NCBI GenBank assembly: GCA_904063045.1 | Contig: CAJFCJ010000019.1 | Coordinates: forward strand, 920,570 to 984,569 | DNA: 64,000 bases | DNA from: Dimorphilus gyrociliatus | Lineage: Eukaryota > Animalia > Annelida | Direction of reading: 5' to 3' | In this document: in pieces, positions 13,101 to 26,422 of the stretch | How the letters are laid out: every line of letters begins with the position of its first letter | How positions within the stretch are numbered: position 1 is the first letter of the stretch | The notes under the pieces: model-generated | Told to the model about the DNA's origin: nothing | What the model saw: only the letters and a program-made list of their open reading frames with translations | Database searches by the model: none | Translations under genes and position numbers: made by a program

Positions 13101-16100
13101 CTTCTCCATCTTCAAGCGAGCTAAATGTTACGTGGTCACCTCCGTCTTTAACGAATGGCGTTATAACTGAATATAGGTTATATCATAACGAAATAAGAGT
13201 TTTTAACTCTTCATCGTCACTTTTTTATCTTATATCCGGTCTTCAACCTTATACACTTCACTCTCTGAGACTAGTTGTTTGTACTATCAAAGGATGCGCT
13301 TCAAGTGACGTCGTCGAGGTAGGATTTGTATTACAATGTCGCGCTGTAAAAGCACCGTATAATTGAATAACATTATTATACAAATTCAGATTAGAACTCA
13401 AGAAGCCCCTCCAATCGGAACAGTAGGACTGGAGTTAACAGTCGCCGATAGTAGATCAGTAAATATAAGATGGACACGTGTTCCGGTTCCCAATGGTAAA
13501 ATAACCTATACTACATTCTTTGACGGACTGTATTATAGAGATATTGCAAATTGGAATTACTCAACGGAGAGGGAAAGAAGATCATTGTACACTTCACAGG
13601 AATTCAATAAATTAACGAAAATCGAAGGATTAGTACCATATTCGATATATATAGTTCAGGTGAATGCATCCAACTCCAAAGGTTTCGTAATTAGTAATAC
13701 ACAAACTGCCCAAATGCCAATGAGTTGTACGTATACGAATCCAAAATCAGATATATATATTTGATGTCAATAATAATTCTATATATTTCTTTTTGTACTA
13801 AAAAAAAAGATCCTGACGGAGTAAAAGAACCAACCTTAATATCATCAAATAGTAGAACTGTCAATGTAATTTGGACCAAAGTTGGACGATCGAATTCCGA
13901 TGATGAGCCACTTTTCCAACTAGAATTTAAGGCGAAATTACCTAATTTTCCTCCTATAAAGTATAATTTTGTGTTTTTATTTTTTTTAAGATGATAGTTT
14001 ATATTGATTCTCTGCCATTATAGACTTTTTCCCGAGCCGTCCACTTCTACCTCCTTTATAAAAGATAATTTAGAACCCTTTAGTCAGTACGAATTCCGCA
14101 TTATTGCGTCCAATAATTACGGTATAAGAGCCTCGGAATGGGCGTCTATAACAACTAAACAAGACAGTAAGTGGCTTTTATCAAATTTCATGACGTAATC
14201 GATAAACGTTGAAATTTTTTTTATAATCTCTAGAGCCAACGGGCGTCGACCCACCAATGATTAGGAATATTAAAGCAAGATCTGCCTTTATAACTTGGTC
14301 ACCTCCCCTCAATTCTAATGGTATTATATCTGAATATGTCATTTATGCCAATAACAAATCTATTGCGTCCGTAAGTAAATAAAACACAACTATCTAATGA
14401 TAGACTGATATTTATATAACAAAATATTCCCTACAGTTTAATGGTAATACCACATCATCCCAATTAATTGATGCTTTTCTACCCAATAGTAATTATATAA
14501 TAAAAGTTAAGGCTTGCACAGTAGCTGGATGTACTGTAAGTGGACCGTCAACTGAGTTTAAAACACTCGAGTCACCTCCGGAAGGAGTAGACGCTCCTAA
14601 ACTAACTTCTCCAACCCCTACCTCTATCTTAATAAGTTGGGAAGAACCAAAGCAACTAAATGGTGTTCTCAAAGCCTACGTTTTAGAGAGACGTCTTCAG
14701 AAAGATCCTGGAACAATAACTGTCGTCAAGACGTTCAGTCAGCAAGATAATAAGCAATATATCGATAGTTCTAAAAGTATAATGCCATTTACCACTTATG
14801 AATATCGTATAAAAGTGTCTAATGAGGCTGGTGAAACGGAAAGTACGTGGTCTTCCATAAGAACAAAACCGTCAAGACCAAGTGATGTTAGGCCGCCAAA
14901 CGTTTTCGTATTATCTCCAACAAGTGTCAACGTATCGTGGATTTCACCATTAGTTTTAAATGGTCAATTAGAGTTATTTATCATTAAATTTCCTCTTCCA
15001 AGAATTGAAATTGCTAATGTATCCATTTCTACAATAATTGTAAAGGATTTGATACCATTTACAACATATTCTATTACGATAATTGCTTGTACAGGTGTTA
15101 ATTGTTATTAATCATATGAGAACCTCTACTCAGTACTATTTCTCTATTTTTAGATGGTGGCTGTACAGAAAGTCAACCAACTGTGATAAGAACTTTTCCC
15201 TCTGGCCCCAAACTTCAAACTCCTCCTAAGGGAAATCCTATTTCTCAAACATATATATCTGTGATTTGGTCTAAACCTTTACAACCAAATGGTCCATCAC
15301 TTGAATACGAATTAGCTCGAATGAAAATAAGACAACCTCTTAATCGTACGCTTTTATATTTGCCAGAAAATAAGTAAACTAATCTGCTGTCTTTTTCATT
15401 CTCCTCTCTTTCTATACAGCATCGTCAGAAGGAATAAATGGCTGGTCAACTATTTACAGAGGCAATTCAACTTACTACGAAGACAGAGGACTAACCCTAT
15501 TCACTACTTATCAATATAGGGTGACCTCGTATAATAATTATGGTCATGTGATTAGTTTACCATCGGATGAGGTAACAACTTTCGGCGGAACACCTAAGAA
15601 ACCAGCAACCGTAAAAGCAGTGGCTATAAGCTATATTTCAATCCAAGTATCTTGGATAATACCAGGTGGATAAACAAAGAGAATTATAATATGTTGTATA
15701 TCTAATATACTTGATATATTATAGAACTAGTTGATTTACAAGGAGAAATAATATCTTTTGAAGTTGAGATTACTTCTTCAACATTCGCAAAGACCGAAAA
15801 ATTGGATTCATCTCAGTCGTTCGTTCTTATTGAAAACCTTGAACCCAGTAGAGATTACAGCGTAATAGTAACATATACAATAAACGGTGGCGCAAGTATA
15901 TCGAGTCCTGCTGTTCAAGTAACAACCCCTGAAGGGAGTAAGTAAAATCAAATATAAGGAAGATAAAGCTATTATATTAATTTAATATAAAACTTTCTAA
16001 TTTTTTTAGAACCTGAAGGTTTATCACCTCCTATTATTACAACGGCTAGTGATACGAGCCTAAGACTTAGTTGGACTGCTCCAACAACCTCTAATGGCGC

Positions 16101-19100
16101 TATTAGCGGTTATTATATTTATAAGAATGAGGAAAAAATCGATCCATCTATAAAAGTTCCATCTACTTACCTTCTAACAAATCTTACACCTTTTATTGTG
16201 TATACTATAGTTGTAAGAAAAATAATTTAGATAATTGAATTTAATTAGTAAAATTTTAAATAATTAAATATTTAGCTGGAAGCTTGTACTCGTTTTGCCT
16301 GTACCAAGGCAGAACCTGTAAGAAGGGCTACTATAGAATCTCTGCCAATGGGTATAGATCCTCCAACAGCAACCGTCTTTAATTCTTCAACTATTCTAAT
16401 CAAATGGAAGTCCCCTTCTTCCCCCAATGGAGTAATTTCCGGTTATAAATTATTCAAAAAATCTTATATTCCTTGTTCGGAAAAACCGACAACTAACAAA
16501 CCTCCAATTAAACCCTGCTCCTATGTGAAATGCTCTCTTCAAGAGAATATTTGTGGACGCCTATGTTATACGGGGCAAAAGGTTTTTCTTTCCTAATATC
16601 CTACATGAATGAATTTATATTGAATTTTCTCCCCTTTTTCCGCCAGACCTGCTGTTCCGGAGTTTTGTACGATAACAAGAAGGATTATGTTTGCTGTGGT
16701 GTCAAGTATGTGAGGCGCTTGGCTACTGCAAATTCAATTTGCTGTGGTGACACTTTATATGAAAAGAGAACTGGATTTTCCTGCTGTGGTAATCGATATG
16801 TTAGACTCAGTTCAGATGATATTTGTTGCATTGACCCGAAAGAAGATCGGGTCGAAGTTGGATTGGGCGATACTTGCTGTTCATCAATTCCATTCTCTTC
16901 TAATTCTTCTCAGATATGCTGCGAAGGCACATTTTTAGAAGCTCATTCAAAAAGCTGTTGCGGTGGTCAAGCGATCGATAAATCGCAGGGTTTGACTTGC
17001 TGTGGTAACGGAATTACAGGTAAGTGGTATGAAAAAGACATCTCAAAGTCATGCTGCTCCTCTGAATATACAACAACTGCTTTAATGGTCTGCTGCCCTA
17101 ATGCTTATGGGTCAGCTAAGCTCTATACTTATAAGACAGTAGAAGATAAGGCGTCTGCAAATGAAAAGTGCTGTGGTGACAATTTAATAGCAGCCGATAA
17201 ATCTTGTTGCGGTTCGACGCCTTTTGACGCTTCAATTCAAGTTTGCGCCGAAAAACCCACTATTGGCAGTGGACAGAGAGACTGTGGGAAGAATTCAATA
17301 TGTTCTCTCGCGCAAGCGCCCAATGCATATTGCGATGAATGTAACTTTGATAGATCGAATTATAAGTGCGTCACATACAATGAGGACTACAGTGAGAGTC
17401 CAGAGCCAGACGATACGGCCGATACAAAATTATGCCTTTCGGATCCCGTCCTTTTATACGAAGGAGATGAGCTAGAATATACAGATTCCAACCTCTTCCC
17501 ATTCACAAAGTATCAATACGCAATTAGAGCTGAAAATAGTATAGGAGGAACTGAGAGCGATTATCGCATCGCTACAACAAAATCTTCACTTCCTGAGGGA
17601 GTGGACCCCCCAGTGGCCAAAGTTAATAAGGAGAATGTCGATATTATATTACTAACTTGGAGAAAACCGAGTAACCCTAACGGACAAATCACTTACTATC
17701 TAATAAAGCGGAATAATGTTGAGATGTTTAAGACTACTAGCAAACAAGAATTCACTGACAATAACGGTATAGAACCCTACAAAACGTACGTTTACACCCT
17801 AACTGTTTGCAACATAGCGGGATGTAGGACAAGTTCTCCGGTAAATGTTTCACTTGCTAATTGTTTTCCTTCAGCTAATATAATAATTGCCATATTTCAT
17901 ACTTAAAAAGATACAAGTTGCCACACTACAAAGTAGACCAGAGAGTGTTTTCCCTCCAAAAGTCGCCAATTTAACGTCTAGATCAATCCAATTACAGTGG
18001 CAGATGCCAGCTAAATCCAACGGAATCTTAATGAAATTTGTGGTCTATGAACTAACTACTGTCACATCAACGGTTATGTCACCTAATGCTAAACTTCTCA
18101 TTCTGGACGGTAAGTTCCTGCTTCTAAAGACGGTTTCCTTATTACTTTAAGACTTTATCCGTTTTTTATATAGATCTTACTCCTTATACAACCATGAAAT
18201 TCAGTTTAGAAGCCTGTACAGAGGTTGGTTGTACAAATAGTACATTTCTTGATGTTACTACTCTTGAAGATAGACCAGACGATATACTTCCCCCAAGGCC
18301 ATTTGCCCTTTCTTCGTCATCCGTGAAAATCGACTGGTCGCCACCCGAAAAGCCTAATGGTATTATTACGCAGTATACACTGCTCAGATCGGTTTCAGCT
18401 GATTCCATTCTGGTTGCAATATACGAAGGCTTAAATTTGCAGGTTATTGATAAGATATCATCCAAGGGTCAAACAGTAAATTATGTTATAGAAGTTTCTA
18501 CTGTTGTCGGAGCTACTAGGTCAAATCCTGCTTCAATTAATCTTCCAACAGATTCCCCAGTTATTGTCTCACCACCAGAGAATGTTGAAGTTCTCAGTTC
18601 TACTTCAATTAAAGTTACATGGAAACCTGTTACTGGTAATATCGATCAGTATCGAATTGTCTTAAATCCAGGTTTAGAAACTCAACTAGTAAAGGGAGTT
18701 GGAAAAGTGACAGAAACAATTATCAACGGTCTTCTCCCTTATACCTTCTATGATGTTAGACTACAAGCTTGCTTGAGTGGTCTAGATTTGGGATGCGGGA
18801 CGAGTTTAGGTAAAACAGTGCGAACGTCCGAAGCCATTCCCGATGGCGTTCCGATTCCTAAACTGTTAGCCGTCTCTGATAATGTTATCGACATATCTTG
18901 GACGCCACCATTAAAACCTAATGGAGTTATTCGTGCTTACGAAATTCGTAGAAGGGATGATGGAGATACGGGTAATGGAATACCAGTAGGAATTGTCAAT
19001 GATAAAACTACGTTCAGGAATAAGGGAGGTCGGATAAACCCGTTTACTATATACAATTATGCTATTGTAGCTATAAATAGCGTCGGCAGAGCTATAGGTG

Positions 19101-22100
19101 AATGGGGTTCTGTTCGATCACTAGAAGCTCCCCCGACCGGATTATCAGACCCGATTATATCATCAATTGGGTCGAGAAGAGTCGGTTTAAAATGGACTGC
19201 ACCAAAAAACCCTAATGGAATCATTATTAAATATACTATTTCTTATAGATGGTCAACAAATGAACCAACGAATCCTGAAAGGACACAAAGTGTTGCAGTC
19301 CCTGGGGATCTTCTGTCTACATCCGTATCCGGCTTGTTTCCTTTCACAAATTACAAATTCAAATTGATTGCAGAAAATAAAGAGGGTTCAGAAGAAACTA
19401 ATACTATAGATGCAAAAACTGCTCAGAGTAGTCCTTCAGGTGTTAATCCAATTAGTGTTGAGCTTCTCTCTAGTGGTAAAGCTGTTATCCTAAGGTGGGA
19501 TGCTCCAAAACAGAAGAATGGTGTTATAACCGAATATGCTATTTACGAAAATGGAGCTAGAATTTATCAGGGTTTGTCGACCGTATTCGAATTAACAAGA
19601 TTAAAACCTTTTACAGAATATCAATTGATATTGGAAGCTTGCACAAGCATTGGCTGCACTAGGACTAAGCCAAATAAATTTAAAACTGCCGAGATTGAAC
19701 CGTCAAGTCAGCTACCTCCAATATTAAATAGTTCAGCAAATGCGAATAATGTAACAATCAAATGGACTCCTCCAATTGAACCAAATGGCAATATAATACG
19801 TTATGACGTACTCCGTAGGGATTTAGGTGCAAGACGATCGAAAAGATCTACTAGCGAAAGGATTGTCTTCTCAACCACTGACACGCAACAGCAAAACTTT
19901 GAATTTACAGACTCGAATCTAAAAGCTTATAACAAATACGAATATGCAATCAGAGCAATTAACTCAAAAGGTTCTACTATTAGTCCTTGGACGGTTGTTG
20001 AAACGCCACAGGGAATTCCTGAATTTGTTGAAAAGCCTCGTTTATCCTATGTTAAAGATCATTGGGATCGTCTTCTTATAGAATGGTCTGAGCCAGCCAA
20101 ATCAAACGGGATTCTTAAATCGTATTTACTAACCCGTAATGATACTGTTCCCCTGAGCTTTGATGCTGGCGACAAATTACGCTACGTCGATTTGGGCTTG
20201 TCGGCCTTTACGTTCTACTCGTATACGATAACGGCATGTACTGGTGGAGGTTGTTCGATCAGCAAGCCAGCACTAATTCAAACAAAAGAAACAGAGCCTC
20301 TTTCAGTAGGAAAGCCATCAATTGACGTTATAGATTCGACCAGTTTAAACATCAGCTGGACAGAACCGTCCACCTCTAACGGACATATATCTAAGTATAA
20401 ATTAACTATGGATGATTCGGTTATTTACGAAGGTCTTGATTATTTCTTCGTTGCGAAGTCTTTAATTCCAGCAAAAAGTTACAGATTTAAGATAATAGCT
20501 TGTACATCGGGTGGATGCACGGAAAGTGGTGAAATAACTGGTCAACCAGATGAAGCTCCCCCAGAGGATTTAAAAGCTCCCAAGTTAAAGGTTACAAGCT
20601 CAAAATCAATTTTGGTTACGTGGAAAATGCCTACCAAACCGAATGGACTTATAATTGGTTACGATGTAAAGAGAAATGGTCAAACGGTAGGCTCTTCAAC
20701 CCCTTCATTCCGATATGAGGATTCAGATCTTCAACCTGCAACTGCATATACCTATATAATTGAAGCCTGGAACAATAAGGGATCCGTTCGTAGCCCTCCA
20801 GCTACTGCTAAAACTTATGACGACTCACCAGAAGGTTTATCTAAGCCAATTGTGAAGGGTGTCTCGTCTTCTTCGGTTTACGCTTTGTGGCAAGAGCCAG
20901 TCAAGCCGAATGGCATTATAGCTAATTATACGCTCTATTATACGCCCCATAAACCAGAGGGCACTGTATCAGACAAATTAGAGTTTCTCGGAGGCAAGAA
21001 ACAATATAACACTACTATTGATGGGTTAAGAGTATGGACAGAGTACCGATTCTCAGTGGAAGCCTGTACCAATTCTGGTTGCGTGGTTAGTGAAGACGCT
21101 ATAATTAGGTAGCTAAGCCTTCTCAAAATGTCATTTTACAATTGCCTCTATTTTACATTTCTCGTTAACGTTATTTTTCATTATTGTACACTTCTTTTAT
21201 TGAATATTCTAGAACATTGTCGGCTCGACCAGAGGAACTATCACCACCAAATCTGACGCCATCTTTCGACAAGCATGGAGCGCATTCGGGCGTTTCGATC
21301 CGTTGGACACCTCCGAAACGTCCAAATGGTGTTATAAGTAAATATCAACTGGAAAGAAAATTCGCTAACAATGGTACTATTTCGTCAAATAACTCATTTT
21401 GCTCTTATTCACTATAACTTATAAAGTTAGAATGTCAATTTAAAAGCGTGTATTAAGAGCAGAATAGGCACTTTATCTCGCTAAATTTATTCATATAAGA
21501 TATTTATAATAATATGAAATTAGGTACGGTAATCATCTACGAAGGTCCACTATTACGCTTCGAAGACACAGATCCACTTCTGAAAGCCAATTCTGAATAT
21601 GAATATAGAATAAGGGTGTTTAATGAAGATTACAGTAAGACAAGCGCTTGGTCTAAAGTAAAGACTAATGAGGGCTTCCCAGAGCAAGTTCCCTCCCCAA
21701 AAATTGAGGTAAATTAAAAAGGGCTGAAGAAATAAGGCACTCGGAAACTAAACACACTCTTTTATTAGGCAACAAGTAGTACAACCATCACCGTGCAAAT
21801 ACTAGATGCTCAGCTATCGAATGGCAAGATCACATTGTATATAATATACGTATTCGAGGAAAAGGTTATTTGCTCACCATCCCAAAATCGATTTTATAAT
21901 CAGTTGGTTTTATACAGGCTTACGAAGGAAATTCAAAGACAGCGATTGTCGGTCAAGGAACGCTCAAATTGAAACCCTTTACGACCTACGAAATTCGATC
22001 GGCCGTTTGTACAATTGTTGGTTGTACAAAATCTGAAAAAGTTCTAGTAGCAACTAAAGCCGAAAAACCAACTGGAATATCTAAAATTTTTACCGATTCT

Positions 22101-24165
22101 ATCCAATCTAATTCAATAAAGGTTCGTATTATACTCCGTATCTATATGTAATATACACATATATTCATTTGAGTAACGCTGCTTTAAATTAAATTTTAGC
22201 TTAAATGGAATGAGCCGTCCAGCCCTAATGGAAACCTTAGCGGGTACGTGAGCTTTACCTTAACCGCCATTTTCACAAATCCAGCTAATAGTTGTCCTCA
22301 TCCTTGACTTCTCTTTATCTTTTTTCTTTCTCCAAATTATGTATTTAACGCAAATTCATCATATATCGCTATTGCTGTTTATCATGTATCATATCTGCCA
22401 TTAACTATGCTGATGCTTATGTTTCTCTGTGCAGATATATTTTGAAAATGGCAAAAACTTGCCCTTATCCTTATGCCGATAAATTACCTGGCTTAACATG
22501 TACTAACGGTTCGATTTCCGTGGCTTATCGAGGACCTGACACATCTTTCCAAGCAGTTGACTTGGAACCTTTTACAAACTACGCTTTTGAATTGAATGCT
22601 GTTAACCTTGAGAAGGGCGTTAGCCTAGAAAGTTCAAAAGCGACTTTTACTTCCGGGCAGAAGGCTCCTAAATACGATGAGCTGCCTAAAACGATTTGGA
22701 AAGAGAATGAAGTGGTTGTCGATTGGTCATCATCATTTTTGATCTACGCTTCAGTGATCCGGTTTGTACTTTATAAGGATGATAAAATAGAGTATTCGGG
22801 TCTCGAATTAAGTAAGGCCATTGCTACTCCTAGCAAAGACGATAGTAAGTCGCCTGATGTAGCTTTTCCTGCTTTAAAACTTAATCCGATCGTTGGCAGC
22901 TTACAGACTTTGGGTAACGCTCGAAACGGTAATGGGTACTGCAAGAAGTAAAACTCTGATTTGCCTCTCGAATAAGGCTATTTGTAATACAGGTATTAAA
23001 TATCTACTGTAACCATTTTTCGCGTCTGCCCTATAGAGTTGTTTCCTATAATGTTTGTTGATATTACAACAGAGATGAGTGATACATCTACCGAAACTGG
23101 TATATAATTGAATAGATTCACATCACCGCTTTTTCTATTGAATATTTCACGCGATACAATTACTTCTCCCTTATTATCCTTTATTATGTATACTTTTTTA
23201 TACCCTTTTTCTTGCGCTTTAAACAGTAACAGAGGAACTGTCTGCCGTAAGCAAGAAGGAAGTGTACGAGGAAGTATGGTTCATTATTCTACTCCTCCTA
23301 ATTCTTCTTATTCTTATCGTCGTCGTCGTTATTTGCTGTCTGAGAGCATCAGCTAAGAAATCGAATGGTTCGAGGGCAAAGCGAAGGACGAACCATTTCA
23401 TTTCCGACCCGTTCGATTACGGCGCAACCCGTTCGGTTCGTTAAGCTCATTAAATTGAAATGGAAAAGGATAGTAGAAAGGGAAAAGAGGGTTTGTAAAA
23501 GAGAGAGGGAGAGAAAAAGAGAGAGAGAGACGAAGACAGACAAATGAAAAGCAGAAGGAGATAAAGAGATAAATGTAACTCTTTCCCTTCTCCTTGCCAT
23601 TTCCATTTCTTCCTTCCATTTATTTATATATTCATCTTTTTTGATAAATGTCTCTTTCCCGCTATGTTTATTGTTTTTCCAATTTTCTGTCCATAGGATG
23701 TTGGCGTTGCAAGCATAACTCAAACGTTACCCGACACACGAGTCGGATATACGAATCCGGCGCTCTCGAGGCCCTCTTCCGTTCCTGACTTAACAGCCGA
23801 CAAACTCTCGCAACAGTCCAAATGGGATGATGTCGACTCATTCGATGGTCATGCCTACATTGATAGCGGATTACATAGTTTAGCCGTACGTCGACTCTTT
23901 CATTTTACTGATATTTATAATATGCAAATCATGCTACAAACATTAATATTTTATTCATATCAACTTATAACTTTCTAACAAAAATCTTCTTTTTTCTCTT
24001 GCCCCCCCCCCGCTCTCTTCATCTTCCCTGTGGGAAAAAAATGAAAATTACGAATAACCAAAAATAAAACAAACAACAATGCAGTACGGAGAAGAAGACG
24101 ATAGTAGCGACGCTCCAGTTTCTATACTAAAAGAAAGGACTGTATTTACCGATACTCATTTATAA
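4178..24165 (+). CDS. USH2A: Usherin, full-length transmembrane isoform (~5,210 aa, 38 exons)
   Basis: Hand-built exons: 4178-4483, 4574-4740, 5007-5169, 5344-5674, 5763-6087, 6153-6465, 6528-7062, 7127-8538, 8594-9259, 9323-10087, 11075-11440, 11500-11956, 12024-12104, 12186-13318, 13390-13726, 13810-13960, 14024-14166, 14234-14370, 14437-15094, 15154-15345, 15420-15665, 15725-15937, 16010-16212, 16276-16581, 16647-17840, 17911-18109, 18174-21108, 21213-21373, 21524-21708, 21769-21864, 21918-22121, 22200-22243, 22435-22844, 22900-22992, 23073-23099, 23227-23435, 23697-23885, 24085-24165. Total 15,633 nt, phase-consistent. Domain order: signal peptide, LamG-like, laminin N-term, laminin-EGF repeats, FN3, 2xLamG, FN3 array, CC-rich region, FN3 array, TM (VWFIILLLLILLILIVVVVICCL), C-terminal KERTVFTDTHL* (human KERTTFTDTHL). 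Confidence 0.95.
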
Positions 24166-24879
24166 AAATTATTCTTATTCGTGTTCTTTTTCACTGGCAA
24201 TTTATTAGAATAGATCGATAAATATGTTTTTGTTTCTACTCTGTCTATATTAGTACTATTTTGACTTTACTTTATTCTCATTTTTTCTTATTGATGGGGC
24301 TAAAGCCAAAGTAGAAAATCATCGATGCAGACAGGAAATTAATGTTGTAGCTGGTTTATGAAATACCGCGAATAACCTAGTGGGTGATTTGTCAATTGGA
24401 AATGCGCTCTACTTCCCCTCGACCGTCTTAATTCGGGTCTAACTCGCCCTAATCAAAGGTTAAGAAAGAATTCTTTTTTTCTTGTTTCTCACTTCTATCT
24501 GATTTACCTGATCTTGGATCCAAATATATTCGACTTCATACATGACCTAAATTTAATATATACATCTAATATAAATACATCTGTACGCAAGCGAATAAAC
24601 GCCAGAGCGATCGATGAAATGATCAGAGACGCACGAACCAGCGTATATAGGAGAATTAAGCTGGTAGGCCTAAGGAAAAACGCTATAAGGTGGCGCTGAA
24701 GACGTTCTCTCACGTTCGCGCCACACCCACAGCTAGAGCGTCACTACGACGTCACCGGTACGTTTATTTTTTTGCCGAATGCCGCCCATTCTTGAGTTAA
24801 GTTCTCGCAGACAGAACTAGTAACTACGATAAATAAAGGAAGATAGATAAATCACGATTGAATATCTACTCGACAACAA

Positions 24880-25070
24880 GAGAAGAGAGAAACTGAGAGA
24901 GTGCCAGAGGTTGAGAGAGTGAGAGCAATAGAAAAACAGAGAGCGAGCGAGAGAGAGAGCGAGAGAGAGACAGACAGACAGACAGACAGAGAGTACGAGA
25001 GGAGAGGAGTGAGAGTGAGAGAGTGTGTATGAGAGAGAGAGGGCGATAGAAAAGGATTTAAAGAAAGAAG
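24880..25070. repeat. GA/AG-rich purine microsatellite tract
   Basis: (GA)n/(GACA)n runs just 5' of the globin ATG. Similar tracts at ~23485-23545, 25375-25545, 31440-31480, 61290-61335. Confidence 0.85.
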
Positions 25071-25074
25071 GAAG

Positions 25075-26422
25075 ATGGGATGTCTGCAGAGCAAAAAAGA
25101 AAAGAGTTCATCGCCCGAACCAATTCGAGATCAGGCTGTAAAGACGGTCGACCCTCGACTTCCGTTTGAAACCTATCGGCAATTGTTTAACATGAAGAAT
25201 TCGTGGAAGTCAATTTGTCGAAACATGGGAGTATGTTCGAAAGAAAATCTGCAGCTGTAAGTTTCTATGTGTTTATTTTTTTCCTTTCAATCCCTTTACA
25301 TTTCTTACCTTTTTACTTGCTTTCTTCATCTCTGTCATTTTTTTTATCCTTTCACTTTTTCTTCTTAAAAGAAAGAGAAACAGAGAGAAAGGGAAAAAGA
25401 GAGAAAGAAAGAAAAGAACAGGCGAGAAAGAGAAATAAAGAAACATATAGAAAGAGAGAGAGAGAGAGAAAGAAGGGAGGGGAAGAAGAGAGAAGCAGAT
25501 AGACAGTGACAGAGACAGTGAGTGAGTGAGAGAGAGCAAAGAAAACAATAAACATTTCTTTTATTTTTTTATAGCGTATTCCCTTTTTAAAAGAAATTTC
25601 TAAGAAGGGAAGGTGGCAGGGAGAATGAAAAGAAAAATCATGAAAATGATCAGTTCTTTACTCTCTTCCCTGCCTCCTTGGAATCCTCTTTTTAATTATT
25701 CTAAAAGATAGAAATCTTGGCAAATAGTCAAGAAATTCGATTAGAATTTTATTTTTACAATATTCGAAAAGTGTTCCCCTAAGAGTGAGGAACTCTATAA
25801 AGGGGTCTATTAATAAAAACTATACCCTCAAATATATCTACGCTTCCTTTCAGCTTCTTTATGCGATACCCGCAACATAAAGCCTTACACAAAGACTTAG
25901 CTAAAATGGATGACAGTAAATTATTAGAGAGTACGGCTTTCGAAAATTCAGCGGCGTCTATTTTCAACATTTTCGATTCGGTTATGGAAAATAGCGAAAA
26001 CGTAGATGAGGCTATAAAAACGTGCCAGAGGGCTGGAAGAATGCATTCCCGAATCCAGAATTTTGACGTTGCCTATTTTAAAGTAAGTTGTATGTAAACT
26101 AGATCAATTTTGTCTTTGTTATTTACACAACTTAAAATTTACTTCTCCCCACCAAATCTTAAAATCCGTTAATCCATTGCTAATAGGCCTAGTTTTAGTA
26201 AGCTCCATTCTAGAATCCTCAATTTTAAACCTTTTTAATTCATTCACATAGGATATGGAAGGGACGTATATCGAAGCCTGTAAAAACGTTCTGGGCGACC
26301 GATTTACGGAAGCTACCGAAAAGAATTTCCGCCTTCTCTACGGCTTCGTCGTTCAGCACATGATAGACGGTTTGCAAGCCACTAAGTCCAAGGTGACGAC
26401 TGTGGACGCAAATCGTATTTAA
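25075..26422 (+). CDS. N-terminally acylated (globin X-like/membrane) globin, 193 aa, 3 exons
   Basis: Exons 25075-25256, 25854-26082, 26252-26422, with introns at the canonical globin positions B12.2 and G7.0. N-terminus MGCLQSK fits the myristoylation/palmitoylation pattern. C2 Pro (RYP) and proximal F8 His (AGRMHSR) are present. Confidence 0.9.

Noticed and set aside
24504-24713. Overlapping 61-aa and 69-aa ORFs upstream of the globin
   Set aside because: Non-ATG starts, no recognisable motif and no coherent exon chain; more likely promoter or UTR.
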